Shown here piece after piece: positions 37,628 through 53,000 of a stretch of 64,000 nucleotides of DNA. This DNA comes from Cenococcum geophilum. Taxonomy: Eukaryota. Under the pieces are notes generated by a model that saw only the letters and a program-made list of their open reading frames with translations, did not search any database and was not told where the DNA came from. The position numbers and the translations under genes are program-made. Every line of letters begins with the position of its first letter. The first letter of the stretch is position 1. The stretch covers positions 3,162,001-3,226,000 of the forward strand of contig CP158635.1 of assembly GCA_050273025.1 (NCBI GenBank). Reading direction: 5' to 3'.

Positions 37628-39260
37628 GTAGGTCTGTAAGATATTTAAATAGTATAAGTTTAACTATTAATTATAATAAGTTAATATAGGCCTAACTACC
37701 CTCCCTTTATACGCTATACGTATACTTTAGACTAGAGAGGCAGATTAAGTGTAATTAAGGTATTTAGGCCATTTCTTATTCCTAGTACGTCGTTGACCTA
37801 GTATATAGCGTAAAGACGTTATACCTCCTTTATTACCTTACGAATAGCCTTAGCTTATTATATAATGGAGGGAGATAGTAAGGAATTATTAGTTATTTAA
37901 GAGTAGGCGCTAAAGACTAGTAATATAGGTATAAGTCTATCTAGGCCAGCGGAATCGTTAACGGCTTTAACAGCTATTTATAAGGTAAGTTCTTTACTAG
38001 TATCCTCTAGTTTTAAAGAGATAATTTTATATACGCGGCGTAATAGTATATAATATTGCTCTACTTTTCTAATACTATTATATACCTTAATAAGGAGTTC
38101 CTTAACCTTAATTACTATTGCCTTTATCTATTATTAAAACTCTATAAATAAGAAGTTCTTTCCTATATTATAGACAATTTAATTAGGGGGTCCTAAGTAG
38201 ATATTAATCTAGCATAATTATAGGGTATCTTATATGTTCCTAGCTAACATATCCTTTAAAAAACGTGCGGCTTAGAAGAAGGTTAAAAAGTTAATAACTT
38301 AGAGTATTAGCTTGCCGCTAAAATATATAACATTAATAATAATATAGAAGTTAAAGTTATAGTTATCTTTAAAGGTGAACTTAAATCGGCCAGGGGACTT
38401 CTAGTTTATTTAGTAGTAATAGTAGTACTTTATAAAATACTTAATTGCCTTAACCTTAACTTTATAACCTGCTCGCTAAAGAACCCTAAGTAATTAATAA
38501 ATAGATAGGTAGTTAAAACGACGGTATAGTTAACGTAACTCTAACTTAGTTAGGTAGCTCTAAGCAATACTCTTTTTTAGATAATAAAGGAGCAACTAAG
38601 GGTAACCCTACTTACGTATAACAGGTACCTAACTATCTCCCTATATAAGCATATTCTTAAGGTTATTAAGCTTAACGCCTAATTTATTTATATCTTTAAT
38701 GCAAAATAGAAATACAGTATTTGTGGGAATAACGTGGAAAGTAATGCACCCTAAGGGGGTTTAGACCCTAATTATGCCAAAAAAAATTATAGTACCCTTA
38801 CTAAAATACATCATATATTAGCCTGCCGTTAAATAGCTAATCTAAATAGAGTTATTAAGCTGCTAAAGGGCTCAAACTTAAGGTTCTCCTGCTATAGATA
38901 CTCCTACGGCTCTAGTATCTAGTATAATACTATAGAAGACATTCGCTAAGTATCTATTATTAAAGAAGAACGTAGAGCTCTCCTTTAGCTTATTAAAGAT
39001 ATCTAACTTTATAATAGAATGGAGCGTAGATTAGTTATTAAGAACAGCAATAGTTTATATGCTATCTACCTTACTATACTTAATAAAGTATTAGTTAGGT
39101 AAGTAGTCCTTAATTTCTATATCTATAAGGAGCTATTTAGCCTTATTAACCTTACCCTTAAGATCTTCTACGCCTTTATATTAAATTAGAAAGCTTTAAA
39201 AGTAGAATATAATAGTCTTATAATTTTTAATATTTCTTATACTTTAGCGAAACTTATTAT

Positions 39261-42200
39261 AATAATAATAATAATAATAATTCATTGCTTAACGTCCGAT
39301 TTAGATCCCTATTGGGCCTATGCGGACTACTCCTTATATACATATAGGGAGAAAACTCTATTTAAGAAAACCCCGTAATCTATCTCCCCGCCTTTTAAGA
39401 CTCGCCTATAAGGCGCCTGCAAGGCGCCTACAAGTTACCTATAGTGCTCTTACTACCTTACTTTTTAACCTTTTTAGGAACCACTACTGCCGTAACAAGC
39501 TTACGGACGCGCTAGTATCGTAAACTTTACTCTACTACTATAGAGTTATTAGGGGGCGCCCGTTACTCGCCCCCCTACCCTTTATTATTATTTCCCTTAT
39601 AACCCAGAACTGGTTTAGTATATTTTGGCTAATAAGCTACTAGGTAACCGCCTTAAGGCCTTTTTATATTAAGAGCAGTGTATTATAGTTCTCTATACTA
39701 GCTACTAAAAGTATTACTTCTTGGTTAGTGTGTAAGGGGCATAACAGTATTATATATTTTAGTGTCTGTTTTAGCTAGCTATATTTACATCTTAGGCTAC
39801 CTACTAAGACACCCACCCGGTAAAGCCAGTCTTTTAGTCCTATTATTCTTATTCTTAAGAGTGTCGCCATTATATTTTCTGCCTTTGTTAGGCCTTCTCA
39901 GAGCCCTAGAGTGTTTACCCCCTATAGCGTTAATTATACTACGGCTTAGGTTCCTCTTATCTTAATTAGCCTCTATACCTTTAACTTTTATATACCTTTT
40001 TAGCGTTGGTCTAACTAGTATTATATTATAGTAGATAGTTTCCTAGCGTTCTTTTATACTCTACTTTAGCTCCTTTCTCTCTTTTACTGTTATCTTTACT
40101 AGCCTCTTACGCGTCTCCCTTTCTCCTCTATATGGGCCTGGGCCCTAAAGCAGCACTATTTTTCTTCTGCTTTCTTTACCTGTTTCTCTATTATGTCTTC
40201 CCTACTTTAGGGTTATTGGTTTGTTCTCCTATAGGGCGCCCTAGGGTCCCTCTATAGTTTATTTAGGCGTGTCTTAATATACTTTATAATATTAAAGTTA
40301 CGTTTATTTTAGGCCCTTTATATTGCAGCGGCTTTAATATATAGTTGTAGGGGGGGAATATTAGCTTCCTTCTTAAGCAGTGCTGTAGCCGTTCGCTTAT
40401 ATCCACCTATTATACTCTAGAGGTAGGCTATTTAGACCTTTTAGAGTAGTTTAAGGAGCGACTTAGGGGGGCCTTTTTTAGATTCTCTAATGGCCCAAAT
40501 ACTAGACCTATACGTTATAGTTGGCCGGACAACTGCTATGTATAATAGGCGTAACCTCTAGAAGCATAGGCCCTATATAGAATTGACGATCCTAGATAAT
40601 ATAATGTACTATACTTAGCCCTTATGGGCCGCTTATGCCGTATATACGCTCTACCGGAGCTTGCTGTCTACCTATACTTCTAATACCCTTAAGCCCTAAA
40701 CTAGTTAACCCCTAAAGCCTTAGATACGGATTATATACTAAAGATCTATAGATTGGTTGCGTTTTCTTATAAAATGGATTAGCTGGTATTTCTCTAGTGA
40801 GAATTAGACTCTATATCGTCTTGCCTATTCTATATAGGTGTTATAAGCTTTCTCTAGCATTCTGTAATTCTCTGCGGCTAATAGCCCGTATTTAATTAGG
40901 TTTATATTATTAATAAAGCCTATTTTCTGGGTTGCCCCTTTCTTAAAGGAGTTAAGCAGGTTGCTTATAAAGAAAAGGAAGAGTATAGGCGAGAGGGGTA
41001 ATTTTTGTGGTATTTCTGTTGTAACTGCAATAGGGGGGCTCTGGTATCCGCTAAAAACTAGTAATATTTTTTTCTAACCTATAAACCCTTAGATAAATTA
41101 TATAATCTATTTTAGGAAGCCTTTTACCCTAAGGATATATAGGAGACGCTTATAGGGTATGTTATTATAGGCGCTACTAATATCTAGGCTAAGCATTAAT
41201 ACTATAAAGTCCCTTTACATCGCCTATATAGATTTAATGGTGGTAGTAAGTAGCGTAAGTACTAATAGTGTTAAGCGGTTCTTTCTTGCCCCTATTTGGC
41301 TCTGTAGTAGTAGGGTATATTTCTTAGCCGTGTCTGCTATATAGTCTGCTATTACCTTTTCTAAGATCTTATTAAGGGTGTTTTTTAAGGCAATAGGGCG
41401 GTAGCTTCCTGGGATTAAGTAATCTACTTTACCTTCTTTTTATAGAATAACTGTTATTATGGATCTTCTAAGTTGTGGGTAATATCCTATAGTAAAGTAT
41501 GCTTTAGCTATATCTGCAAGCTAGGGTGCTATAAGTAGTCTATAGGTCTTTAAGGCCTTATTTAGAATCCTATCTAGACTTAGTACTATATTATTTAAAA
41601 GGCGGCTAATAGTTCTGGCCATTTCCTTTGTTATTATGTTGCTGTTAACCCGTAGGTAAGTCACTGGTGCTTTACCCGTGATGTTACTAAGGTCTGCTAG
41701 AGCTGGTTAGGGGAAGAACCTTTCTATAAGGATCTTTGCCTTCTTATTGTTATTATTAGTGGCCTATAATTCCCCTGCTCTTTATAGGGGTAATAGGTAT
41801 AAGTCTTCTGCTAGTCGCCCTACCTTTTTCTTTACCCATTTTGCTATAGCCTATAGGCCCTTATTATAGGGGAGGCTTAGCTTAGAAGTATACTTGTTTA
41901 TAAATTATCTCCAGTTATTTCTTACTTCTTTTTTTAGGGTATTCTTTAACTGGTTTCTTATGTCTTTATATCGTCTCTTATCTTTAGAATTATAGCTACT
42001 TAAGTATTTCCTTTTTGCTTGTTATTAGCTAGCTATAAGAACCGCGTATTATATAGACTAAGTATATTACGTATAGGGGCCCGGTTTTAAGATTGGGCAG
42101 TACTTTTCTAGCCTATTTTTAATTGCTGCCTAGATCCTTTCTAGTCTTCGGTTAATTTCCTTAGGGGTGGCTAATAAGCCTTACTTATTTGGTATTAGGT

Positions 42201-44828
42201 AGATTTCTTTTAGGTCTTAGAGTTGTTATTTAATTGTATTAAGGAAGCTATCTACCTTAAGCATCCTTATTATATATCTTTTACTATTTAATTGCGCCTT
42301 AATATCTAAATCTAGCTGTATCTGGATAGGGATATAGTCTAAGGTAAGTGCCTATTTTTCTTTGGGGTTATACCTTTTAAGTCTCTAGTATAGGCCTTTG
42401 TCTATAAATATAAGGTCAATTATACTTCTAGCGGATCCTTATTACCATATAATTGCTCTAGGGGGGGTGGCTAGCTTAAGGCCCCAGGTGTCTATAGCTT
42501 TTAGTAGGCACTCTACCTATTATTTAGTAGCGACGTAGATACCCCCCTACCGCGAGTAGTAGAGGTTTATATCTCCTAGTAGGATAGACTCTATGCCTTT
42601 GGTTTTAAGTAAGCTTATTACTAATATAATATTCTCTATTTATGGGACCCCTTTAACCCTAGGGTTATATATATTAATAATTTATACCAGTCCTCTATAT
42701 GTTTGGATTATTATAACTATAATATCTAGATTAACTGCCTACTATAACTATAAGGATAGGCTAATAGTTTTACTAATTATAAAGTATACGTATATAGCTG
42801 CTTTTGGTTTATATAGGAGCTAAAATCCTTAGGGGCAGTATATTGATTGTGTGTAGGTATTATAGTACGGCTCTTATATAGTAAGGATATAGTATTTCTC
42901 TAGGTCTAGACTGTCTAGTAAGGGCCTTATAAGACGGTGGTTTGTATTACTATAGTTATACTATATAATGGATAGGTAGCGGACCCCTAGCGAGGGTCCT
43001 TCGCCTCTTTATTATTCCTTACTTCTTCTATTTTTACTTTCTCTAGGATATTTAAAACTTCTATCTCTTATGTCTACACCCTAGTTACTACTTATTTTAT
43101 ATAGAGCTTTCTATTCCCGTATCTTGTATTCCTACTAGCGCTTTTATATCTAAATCTGTTATTATCTCTAGTTCTTCCCCTATTCTTACTAATTGGCTAT
43201 ATACCCTTTAAGAGTTGGCTACGAATATTATATTTGCCGCGTTAAGTCTAATTCTTAATTATCCCGGTCTTAAGCTTGCTGTAGCTGTCTATAAGGGTCT
43301 TCCTATAGAGCATCCTCTTTCTTATGTTTCCCGTAACCCTTATATCCCTATACGGTCTGGTAATGTCGCGCGGTATTACTTCTGGCCCATTAAGGCTTAG
43401 GATAGCTAGCCTATCCCCCTAGTATTAAAGGTAGGAAACGCTAGAAAGGTACCTATACTCCCCTAGCTTATTACCTATTATTTCTATTTATATAACCTAG
43501 CGTATAGTTATTCCTATAGCTGTTAAGCCCTAACCTTCCGTCTCCTATATTTAATATAGCCTTTTCTCTCCTATGCCTTATATGTGCTTTAGTAGCAGTT
43601 TGCGTATTTTGTTTAGTTTTAATTTAAGTAGTATCTTATATTATAGGGGCCTGCATAGTAGCCGTAGCATACCTATACTGCGCATATAGATTGGGTGTGC
43701 CCCTATTATATATAGTAATAGTATTATTTTAGGCGGAGTCTATAGTTATAGAGCCTTATATTATATATAAGGCTATTTATAATAATACCTTTTTAAATAA
43801 GGAGTTTTTGCATTCCTAGTATATGTGTGCTAATAATAAGGGAGCTATATATTTAACTAGCGTTTCCCTAGTAAGTCTCTAGCGACCCTTATATTCTTTT
43901 ATTATTCTTATTATATACTTAGTTTACATTTTCCTATTAAAGCTATTAGATTTAGGTAATCTTAAGTCCTAGTATAAGGCGTTCCGTTTGTTTTACTATC
44001 TTATATATAGTTGCTATATTATCCACCTAGCGTCCCTTTTCTACCCTAAGGCTTAGGGGAACCGCTAGGACTTTAACTAGGTAATCTTCGCGGAGCACTT
44101 TTATGCCAATATATTCTCCTAGCCTATCCCCTACCCTAACGGCTCATTCCTTTACCTATCGGTCCTTTAAGATAACTTTAATGTCTCCGCTCCTAAGGTA
44201 TTAGACTATAATAGTGTTATAAACCTCTTTATAAATCTTTATAAGGACTTCTGTTTCTAATTATCCCCTAAGCCCCTCTACTTTTTCTATACTTAGTTAT
44301 ATTATAATTATATACCTAGATATTGTCTTTAGGGGAGTAGGTTCCCTGTGCTATAAACGCGTAGCTATAGCGGCCTAGGTGCGGTTCGCCGGTAAGAAGG
44401 GTTTTTATTTATTTTTAATTTTACTTAGCCGTTAGAGGATTTAATTAAGGGTTTGCTAAAGGGGCGCCTAAGGTTCGCTAGACTAGCGGAGCTATTCTAC
44501 TAGCTGTATTAGTTTATTATAGCTAACGGTTGCTCCCCCGTAATTATAGATACTAGACGCGTCTAATAGGCTTTATATTTTGTTAGATGCCTTCTTAATA
44601 GAGGTCTTTCCGCTTTATAGTGTGGTATTCGCCTATTCTTATTATAGAGGGCTATTGCTGGGCGTGGTTTTAGTGGACGCGCGCGAGTATAAACCACCGT
44701 TGTTTAATATGTGCCTCCCCTATAATATATGCATCTTAGGGGGATTTTCTAGGTGTTTTTTAGGGTTCTTTTAGTTGGTTTTAGTCTTTTTAGGCCGGGT
44801 GCAGCAAGAGCTGTAGATATTCCTAGTA
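39261..44828 (-). mobile_element. Tad1-like LINE (non-LTR retrotransposon) E, apparently full length (~5.6 kb), inserted in Copia C
   Basis: ~16-bp TSD tagcgaaacttattat (39245-60) / tggcgaaacttattat (44829-44). (TAA)n tail at 39260-39280. ORF1 with knuckle remnants ~43750-43550. ORF2 with AP endonuclease ~42970-42300 and RT motifs YRPIAL (~41395), IPQKLPLSPILFLFY (~41000) and GFINNINL (~40915). Confidence 0.9.
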
Positions 44829-47034
44829 TGGCGAAACTTATTATATACCTCCTTTTATTTATTAAAAGAATGCCTAGTTAACTAGTAATTCGGTTTTTTA
44901 TAAATGTAGCACTTCTTTTAGCGATTATTTTAAAATAAACCTCCATAAGGACCTCTACCTTTACCTTATAGTCGTTAATTATACCCTCTACTATATTGCC
45001 TACCCCGGCCACTATATATTTAATTAGTCCAGTTATAATTATATTAGTTAGGCGGGTTAATTAAAGTAGGTTAGAGTTAGGCGTTAAATTGCTATACTTC
45101 TTAAGAGCGTAGAGCGGTGCTAATAGAAGATCTTAATTAAGTATATATACCTTTATAAGTATTTACAGGATTAAAAAGAGCAAGGTTATATTCTTTAACG
45201 CCTTAATATACGCTAATAACTTAATTATATAGGCTGAAATTCTCTTAATATAATTTAAATAAACCACGCTAAATTATATAAAGTTAATTAAAGAGCTTTT
45301 AAAGATAATTAAGCTAAGGGATACCTGGGTTTATAGCAATAATCCTTAAAAAGGTAGTCTCTTTCTATTCTAATATATACTACTACTTATTCTCTTCTAT
45401 TTTAAAGTAGTATCTTAACTTATATATTATACGGCCAAAATTATATCCTTTTCCTACTAAATAATTATAATAGAAGGTACTAGCTCGGCCCTTAAGCATA
45501 ACAGAATAGGCGTTATAGTATTAATTAGACTCTATTCCTACCTTCTAGCAACAGTTATAGAAGATACGCAATTTCGAATTAAGAACATTATATAATTTCC
45601 TACTAAACTTCTTTTCCTAATCTAAATAGAGCTTTATAAGCTCTATAAGTAATTTTAAACTACCTCTAATTTAAGATTAAGATAAAGGAGATAGGAGTTA
45701 CATTATAGGCTACAGTAGGGACTTAGGTTAAGTTAGTAGAGTCTAAAGGTTATTAAATCGTGAAGTAATAGGATCCTATACCTGCTCTTATTAGGGTATA
45801 GTATCTAAAGTTAAAGTTACGGGTTAGATTAAATACAGAGGGGTTAAAGGTGGAGGTAGATTTATCTCTAGAGGTATATTACTTAGATTCTATTATAAGT
45901 TAAGCTTCCTTATAGTGCGTAGTTAGTGCTTAACCTCTTATTAAGTCTATTTATGCTCTTCTTTTACATTAATAACCTGCTCCTAAATGTTGTCTTTAAT
46001 AGTACCCCCGTCTATAGGTATAAATACTCTATACTTCTATAAGAAGTTACGGAAGTTTTATATAATATCCTTCTTTATAGGAGTCTATATTCCCTTTATC
46101 CATCTAATAAAGTCCTCCCTTACATAGTACTATAGCATGGTATTATTATATTTACTATCTTTATAGTATGCTATACGGTATAATAGGAATCCGTTTAAGT
46201 CTTACTAATTAATATCTTTAAGGTTAGTTATGTCGGTATTCTATATCTCTAGGTTAATGTCTTTCTTATACTTCTTTAGGTAAGTTAACGCTATAGTGGA
46301 ATCTATAAAGGTATACAGAGGGTATTAAGGTTATTATTTAACGTGTAGTTAGGTATTAAGGTAGTTGTTTAATGCGTTTTAATAAAAAGATTAAGGAGAA
46401 TAAAGGTTATTTAACGTGTAATTAGGTAGTAATTGTAATCCTATAGTCTATAAAGGTACACGGGGGTATTAAGATAGTTATTTAACGCGTTTTTAATAAA
46501 GAGAATAAGAAAATAAAGGTTGTTTAATGCGTTTTAAACGTTAACTTAGGACCCTAGGTTTAGTAATACTTCTAACCTAAAGTACTTAACCAAATCTTTA
46601 TAAACGCGGTTATTCTATATAATAGACGCAACTTAGTATCTCCTAGTACTTAGTAATACTTCTATTACTAGTTTTCCGCAAGTTTAAGATAGTATAGTAT
46701 CGCTGAGATCCATTCCATATAAGCGTATATAGCACCCTTATATAAGACTATTTCTTCTATTTAAAAACCTAGCTGCTCTATAGTTAACTATATATTTAAC
46801 CACTAATTAGTATTAGTTATATAGGGTAACTCACTAATAATAACTACTTAAGTAAGTTATAGTGATGTTGGTTAATTAATCTATTAATTAGAATAAGGAA
46901 GGGCGAGGAGCTTAAGACTCCTCGCCACGCTAGTGCCGCGGCGTTACGTAATAACCGCTTGCCTCATTCCTAACAAATCCTAAAGAGGAGTTTTTCTCTA
47001 GGGTTCCTCTTTTTCTAACTTTATACTATCCTCC

Positions 47035-50000
47035 TGTCATGGGACGGGGCAGTGGCTATAAGACGTATGTATTTGAGGAGTCTATAAGACGTTACGCGAT
47101 CGATCGTAAGGGTTGAGGGCGTAAGGAGGTGATATACCTACGCGTAGCTGACATAAGCTATACGCGAGGTGTACGTAAGAGCACGGGGCTCTCCTATGGA
47201 GGCCCCTGCGGTGGGGTTCCGTGACACTACCCCCCCTCCTATAGAGGCGGAGCTCCGGCGACGCTGTGGTTACTATATATATGTAGAAGGGACACTTAGG
47301 GTATAGAAAAGAAGAAAAGGGGGGTATTGCTGAAGGCTTAAAACAACGTTATGTGATAAGGCTTGGTATCTAAGAATCCGACTAATTAGACAACTTTAAC
47401 CGCCGGTTGAAGTTCCTAAACATTTTAACGATATTCTAGTTATGTGATCGCACTTTACCGTAATCTGATGGCAATCTAATAGTAATTTGCCCCTACGTGG
47501 TAATATATAATAGTTTAACTTTATAAGGGCTCCTATAGAGGATTAGGTATAAAATCTCTGCTTAGGCCCGGTTTCTATAGGTTCGCGTAGTAAAAGTCGC
47601 TAATTAGATCCTTTGCATTTTTAAAGTCTTCCTATAGTTGCCATTTTGGCTGGTTTATGTTAAATCCTATATATATAGCTCTATAGTAGAGCCGTTGTCC
47701 TCTGCCTTTGCTAAAGTATTTAGAGTTGATAATTTGTTTAACGGTTTACTCCTCGTGGTTCTTGTCTTTATTCTCGTCTTAGATTAGTACTAGTGGGGGT
47801 TTAGGCTATATCTGCCCCGGTAAGGGGTTAGGCTAGTAAAGGTATAGTAGCTATAGGTGAAATATAGGCTATATCCCGCGGGTAGCTAGGGTAGGCGGGA
47901 GCTCTAGCTCGTATACGGCTCCCCTATTAATGACTTATTTAATTAGGTAGGGGCTAAGGTTCTTATAATTAAGTGACTTTATAGGCCTCTATATAGAGAT
48001 ATTGCGTATATCTAGCTATACCTAGTTGCTAACACGCATCTCCGGTGGTGGCGTTCTATAACAGTCGGCGAAGTAGGCCTACTTTACTTAAGCCTAGGCC
48101 ATTTCTCCCTTGCAGTAGTTAAGTAGATTTTTTATATGGTCTGTATGCTGGTTGGTAAGTAGCATCTTAAGGCGTTTTCTATATAGTAGTTTTTTATTAA
48201 TAGGTTCTGGTGGTTTTATGCTAGATTAGGGGTAATATCCCTTATTCGCGAAGAATGGGGTAAGTCCTATAGTAGTTAAAATGTGGTTATTTACTGCGAA
48301 TTTACCTAGTAGGAGGTGATCTACCCAGTTATCTTGACTATAGGCGACTACCTATTGTAGGTATACTTTTATGCTAGCATTAGCGTTTTCCGGTTGCCTA
48401 GCAGTTTTGTAATAGAAGGATATAGATATCTTAACGGAGATACTAAGGCGTTGGTAGATTCGTCTCTATATATTAGAGCCAAACTGTGTGCCTTAGTCGG
48501 ATATAATTAAGTTAGGTAACCTATGTAATCGGTAGATTTTGCAAAGGAAGGCGTTAGTGACGTTGCTGACGGCTACGCCTTCGGTTAGGACGTAGTGGCG
48601 CTCTTTTATGAGTTGGTATATTATTATAAGGATGTTTTTATAGGTACGGCTATGTCGCTTATAGGGTGGTAGGTTAATAACGAAATCTATAGTAATATCT
48701 GCCTATCGTTATATGGGTACTGGTAGAGGGTGCAGTAGTCCTTGGTACTTTGTATTAAAGGCCTTAGCGCGCTTATAACTGTGGCAGGCGCCTATAAAGC
48801 GTTTAACTAAGTCTATTATTTTAGGCCAAAAGTAGTATTAGCTAAGAAGCTTATAGGTTCCTCCTTTACCTAGGTGGCCGCTTAATTAGAGGTTGTGGGC
48901 CATTTAAATTAGTTGCTGTTATAGATTTTTTAAGTTAGGAATAAATAGACGGCCTCTATAATAGAGCCTATTCTCTTTTACTTTTAAGGCTGCTATATTA
49001 ATCTGGCCTAAGCTTTAGAGTTTAGTTGGTAGCGTATAGGCGCTAGCGGTCTTTGCGGTAATAAGTTAATATAGTAATAGGTTAACAGAGGTATTATATA
49101 CTGTGGTAATAAGCTTATTAATTTTAGGAGGTGATTCTAGTTCTATAGTGTGGAGCTAAGGTATAGTTAGCTCTATTGTAGGTAGTATACCTAGGGCCAA
49201 ATTCTATACTTTTAGGATCGTTTGTTATTAGAACTGGTTATAGGGGTTATCTTTAGACTAAGGAAGGTCTTGTAAGCGGCGTATTAGGCTATTAGGCTTA
49301 GTACCTTATACTCCTAGCCTATATGCGATTTTAAAGTTAAAACTAAAGAGGAACTCGTTCTAGCGTGCTTGGCGTTAGTTTAGCTATTTTATAGTTATAA
49401 AGTACTTAAGGTTATAATAATCCGTAAGGACTTTAGTTGGCTAGTTAGGTTCTGCTAAGAAGAGTTCTAGTTAGAATTCCTTAAACGCTTATATAATCGT
49501 AAGAAGTTCCTTATTATAGATCTTATAGTTATATTCTTATAGTATAAGCTTAAATAAATAGAATATGACTAGGTGGAGGAGACCGTTATCGCCTATTTAG
49601 GAGAGGACGCCTGCGTTAACGTGGTCTAAGGAGTTAGTCTTAAGATAAAGTTATTGTCCTGGTATAAAGTGAGCTAGGATAGGTGCTTTAGTAAAAGCAT
49701 CTTTAAGGTCTTAGAACGCCTTCTCGTATTTAGGCATCTAGATAAAACGTGGATATGTTTTTTTTCTTTTTACAGAAAGGCCCTTTATTCGCATTATTGC
49801 TATAAGTAGTGCTATAACACCCGAGAAGTTGTATATGAATTTTTAATAGAAGTTAGCGAAACTAAGGAAAGCTTATACGTCTTTAATGCAGTTAGGGGTT
49901 TACTATTTGGTAATTGTGTGTACCTTCTTAGGGTCTATACGGATACCCTTAGTAGTGACGATTAGTTTAAGGTATTTTACTTCTATAACTAAGAATTTGT

Positions 50001-53000
50001 ACTTCTTTAAATTAATATAAAGTCCTGCGTCCCTAAGGCGCTATAGGACCTTTTAAACGTGCTTAGTATGCTTAGAAGGGTTATTGCTATAAATAAGTAT
50101 ATCGTCTAGGTACGCAGAGTAGAAGTCGTTAAGGTAGTCTTATAAGGCGTTATTAATATAGCTTTAGAAGCTGCCTAGGCTGTTATATATGCTAAAGGGC
50201 ATAATGGTATATTTGAATTGGCTAAAGCGTAATGCGAATACGGTTTTTTATTTGTTACCTTCTTATATTCGGAGGCAGTTAAAGGCGGCGATGATATTAA
50301 GCTTGGTATAGATTTTGGCTTGGCTAAGCTGCTTAAGAGTCTTATATATAAGTGGTATGGGGTATTAGTTCTTAATTGTGATAGCGTTAAGTCCTCTATA
50401 GTTAATATAGAATTAAATACCTCCTTTTGGCTTCTTAGTAAGGAGGATAGGGGCGGCTACTAGGGATATGCTGGGGCGAATAAACCCTTTGTTAAGGTGT
50501 TCGTCGATATACTTTTTAACAACTAGAAGTTTGTCTTTTAATATTAGGTAGGGTCTCTTATAGGGTAGCGTTTTTTTTTATTTAATATTAATAGCATAGT
50601 TATTAGGTTAATATAGGGGGAGTATATCTACGCTTTTTTATAAGTATACGTTAATAAAGTTATAGTATTTCTTAGGGAGGAGCTTACGGAGTTCCTTGTT
50701 AGTAAGTCCTTTTTTAAGCTTTATAAACTTCTTAAAGTCTAAAGGTAAAAGTCCGTAGAGTTTTATGGGGGTATTATTTTCTAAAAGGTTAACTATATCT
50801 ATCCTATTATTATAGAGGACGTAGTTTTGTTCTTTATTAAGCTTATATAGTTATAATTAGGAGGCTATAGTAACGGTCTAGCCTTTCCTATATGCTATGT
50901 GGTAAAAGGCCGCGGCACTTATATAGTAGTAGTTAGTTATAGGTAGGGTAATAAGGGGTTCCTTAGGTTGGTATCTTGGGGAGTAGATAGAGGCGGCTAG
51001 GCTATATCCTAGGTAGGTTTCTTTACAGTATTTAGAGTTAAAGGTTGCTTTTCTCTTTTTCTAGTTAATGGCGGGGTTGTATTATTTGAGCTAGTTTATT
51101 TTAAGGATAATAGGGTAGTTAGTAAGTAGTATAATATAAGCCTAAAGTTCTTCCTAGTGCCTATTTATGTTTAGGTGGAGTTATGCTATATAGGTAATCT
51201 TCTATATAGTATAACTATTATTAGCAAGTTATAGGGCGCGGGCTTTAGTAAGGGGTAAGGTAGGTAGGTTATAAGTGCGTACAAATTAGGTATTTATAAA
51301 TTTATCAGTAGCTCCGTAATTAATTATAGAACGGCTTTTATATTATTTTTTAGCAGTAGTTCCTATTACGGGTAAAACTATCTATTTCCGTCTATTTATC
51401 TTTACTAAGTTATCTATTAAGCAAGCCGATATATAGATCCCTTTATTATTAGGGCGTCCTAACCTATGACTTAGGGCTAGGACTTAGCGTTTTCCGTTTC
51501 CGTATCTAACTCTACCGCTATTACTACGTCTTTATCTTATACGGTAGTAGTATATAGTAATATATTTGGTGTTTAAGGTACTAGGTTAGGTATTAGGCGG
51601 CGGCTGCTAAACCTAGCTATTGGGTAGTTTGGGCTATAGCTGTAATAGCCTTCTTAACAATATCTATAGTAACGCTTTAGCTTCTAGAGTAGCTCGCGTT
51701 CTCCGTTTAGTAGCTTCTACAGAAAGGTTGGTATAAAAAGGTCAATATTAGGACTAGTAGTGTTACTTAGGGTAGTGGGCGTTAGTGGTTTAGTAGGTCC
51801 GGAGGGCTTCTATAGGGAGGTCTTTAGGTAGGGGTTTATAGTAGCGATCTAATTTAGTTGTTGTTTAATCTTCCGTATGGCTGCTACCATATTATAAATA
51901 TTATTGTAGTTATAGCTGGTGGCTACGTGACTAAGGCAATAAATAACTTTTTTAAGGAGATCTTCCTAGTCTTTAGTATTGTCTTGGGCGAGGGCTCTGG
52001 TGTATTCCTGGAATTTAATATAGAACTTATTAAATAATTTAGTAGGGCTTATTTTTAGGGCATGTAGTTTAGCTTAGTTAGTGGCTAGTAGGTTATAGTC
52101 GTAGTATATTAGGTTAAGATCGTTAAGGATTTTTTAGTGGGATTGCCACTTCTAGGGGCTATTGGTCTCCTATTAGGCGAAGAGTCTGTTAAATAGTATA
52201 CCCTTTATTCGCCTAATAATGTAGCTAATTTTAGTGTCTTCCGTAGGAAAAAGGCAGGCGCTTTAAGTTAGTTTCTCGCGGATTTATATCTTCTAGTGGC
52301 TGTATTCTTTGCAGTTTCCCTAAAAAACTAGAGGATTAGGGTAACGTGCATTAGACCCTACGGTAGTAGCTTAGGTTTAGTCGTTATAGCTTTTATCGTT
52401 GCTTTAGTAGGGGTTCCTATTAGGTAAGGCTGTTTAGCGCTAACTCTCTATCGAGCGTTAAGTAGGTAAAGTTGCTAGGGGCGTAGAGACTTAAGTGGCG
52501 TTATATGTAGTAGAGAGGTGTCTAGCGTTATTACGAATGTGCTTGTTAAGCTAAGATTGTAGATATTTAATTATGCCTTCTTTTTTAGTAACTGTAGCAA
52601 TAAGTGCGATCTTAGCCTTCTTTAACTATTGGATGTCGCGTTTAGACACGCGGAGGTTATCTTTAGTTTCTTAACGCGTGTTGTCGGCGAGCGCCTCGCG
52701 AGCTTGTAGGTCTTGGATGATATTGTAATCTTAGGCAGTATGCATCTCAGCTTATATAAGCTTTAGGTGGTAGTTTTGTAGAAGGCGGTAGTATTTATTG
52801 GGTTCTTATACTACTATTTTTATAAACGTCTCGGCGTCTCATATTTTAATTTTAATAGGTAGTAGCCCTTCTGCTTGCTTGTCCGTAGTTATATAGTTAA
52901 TAAAAGATAAGATATTATTAGTGTCCATCTCCTTAGGGGTTAAGGCTAGGGCTGATAAATCGAATTCTCCTGGGATTAATTGGCGTTGTAGGTTAAGTAT

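Larger units (their letters stand above)
27627..46975 (-). mobile_element. Ty1/Copia LTR retrotransposon C (~6.1 kb once the insertions are removed), inserted in A, RIP-inactivated
   Basis: 165-bp LTRs at 27627-27791 and 46811-46975. TSD AATCC (27622-26 and 46976-80). Copia domain order on the minus strand: ELR*LYRRFNYLS (~38540, from LHRRFGHP), KSPGRFKFTF (~38390), RLII*GYND (~29430), DIT*AYT (~29290), KEKRLIIDIMAL (~28260). Confidence 0.9.
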
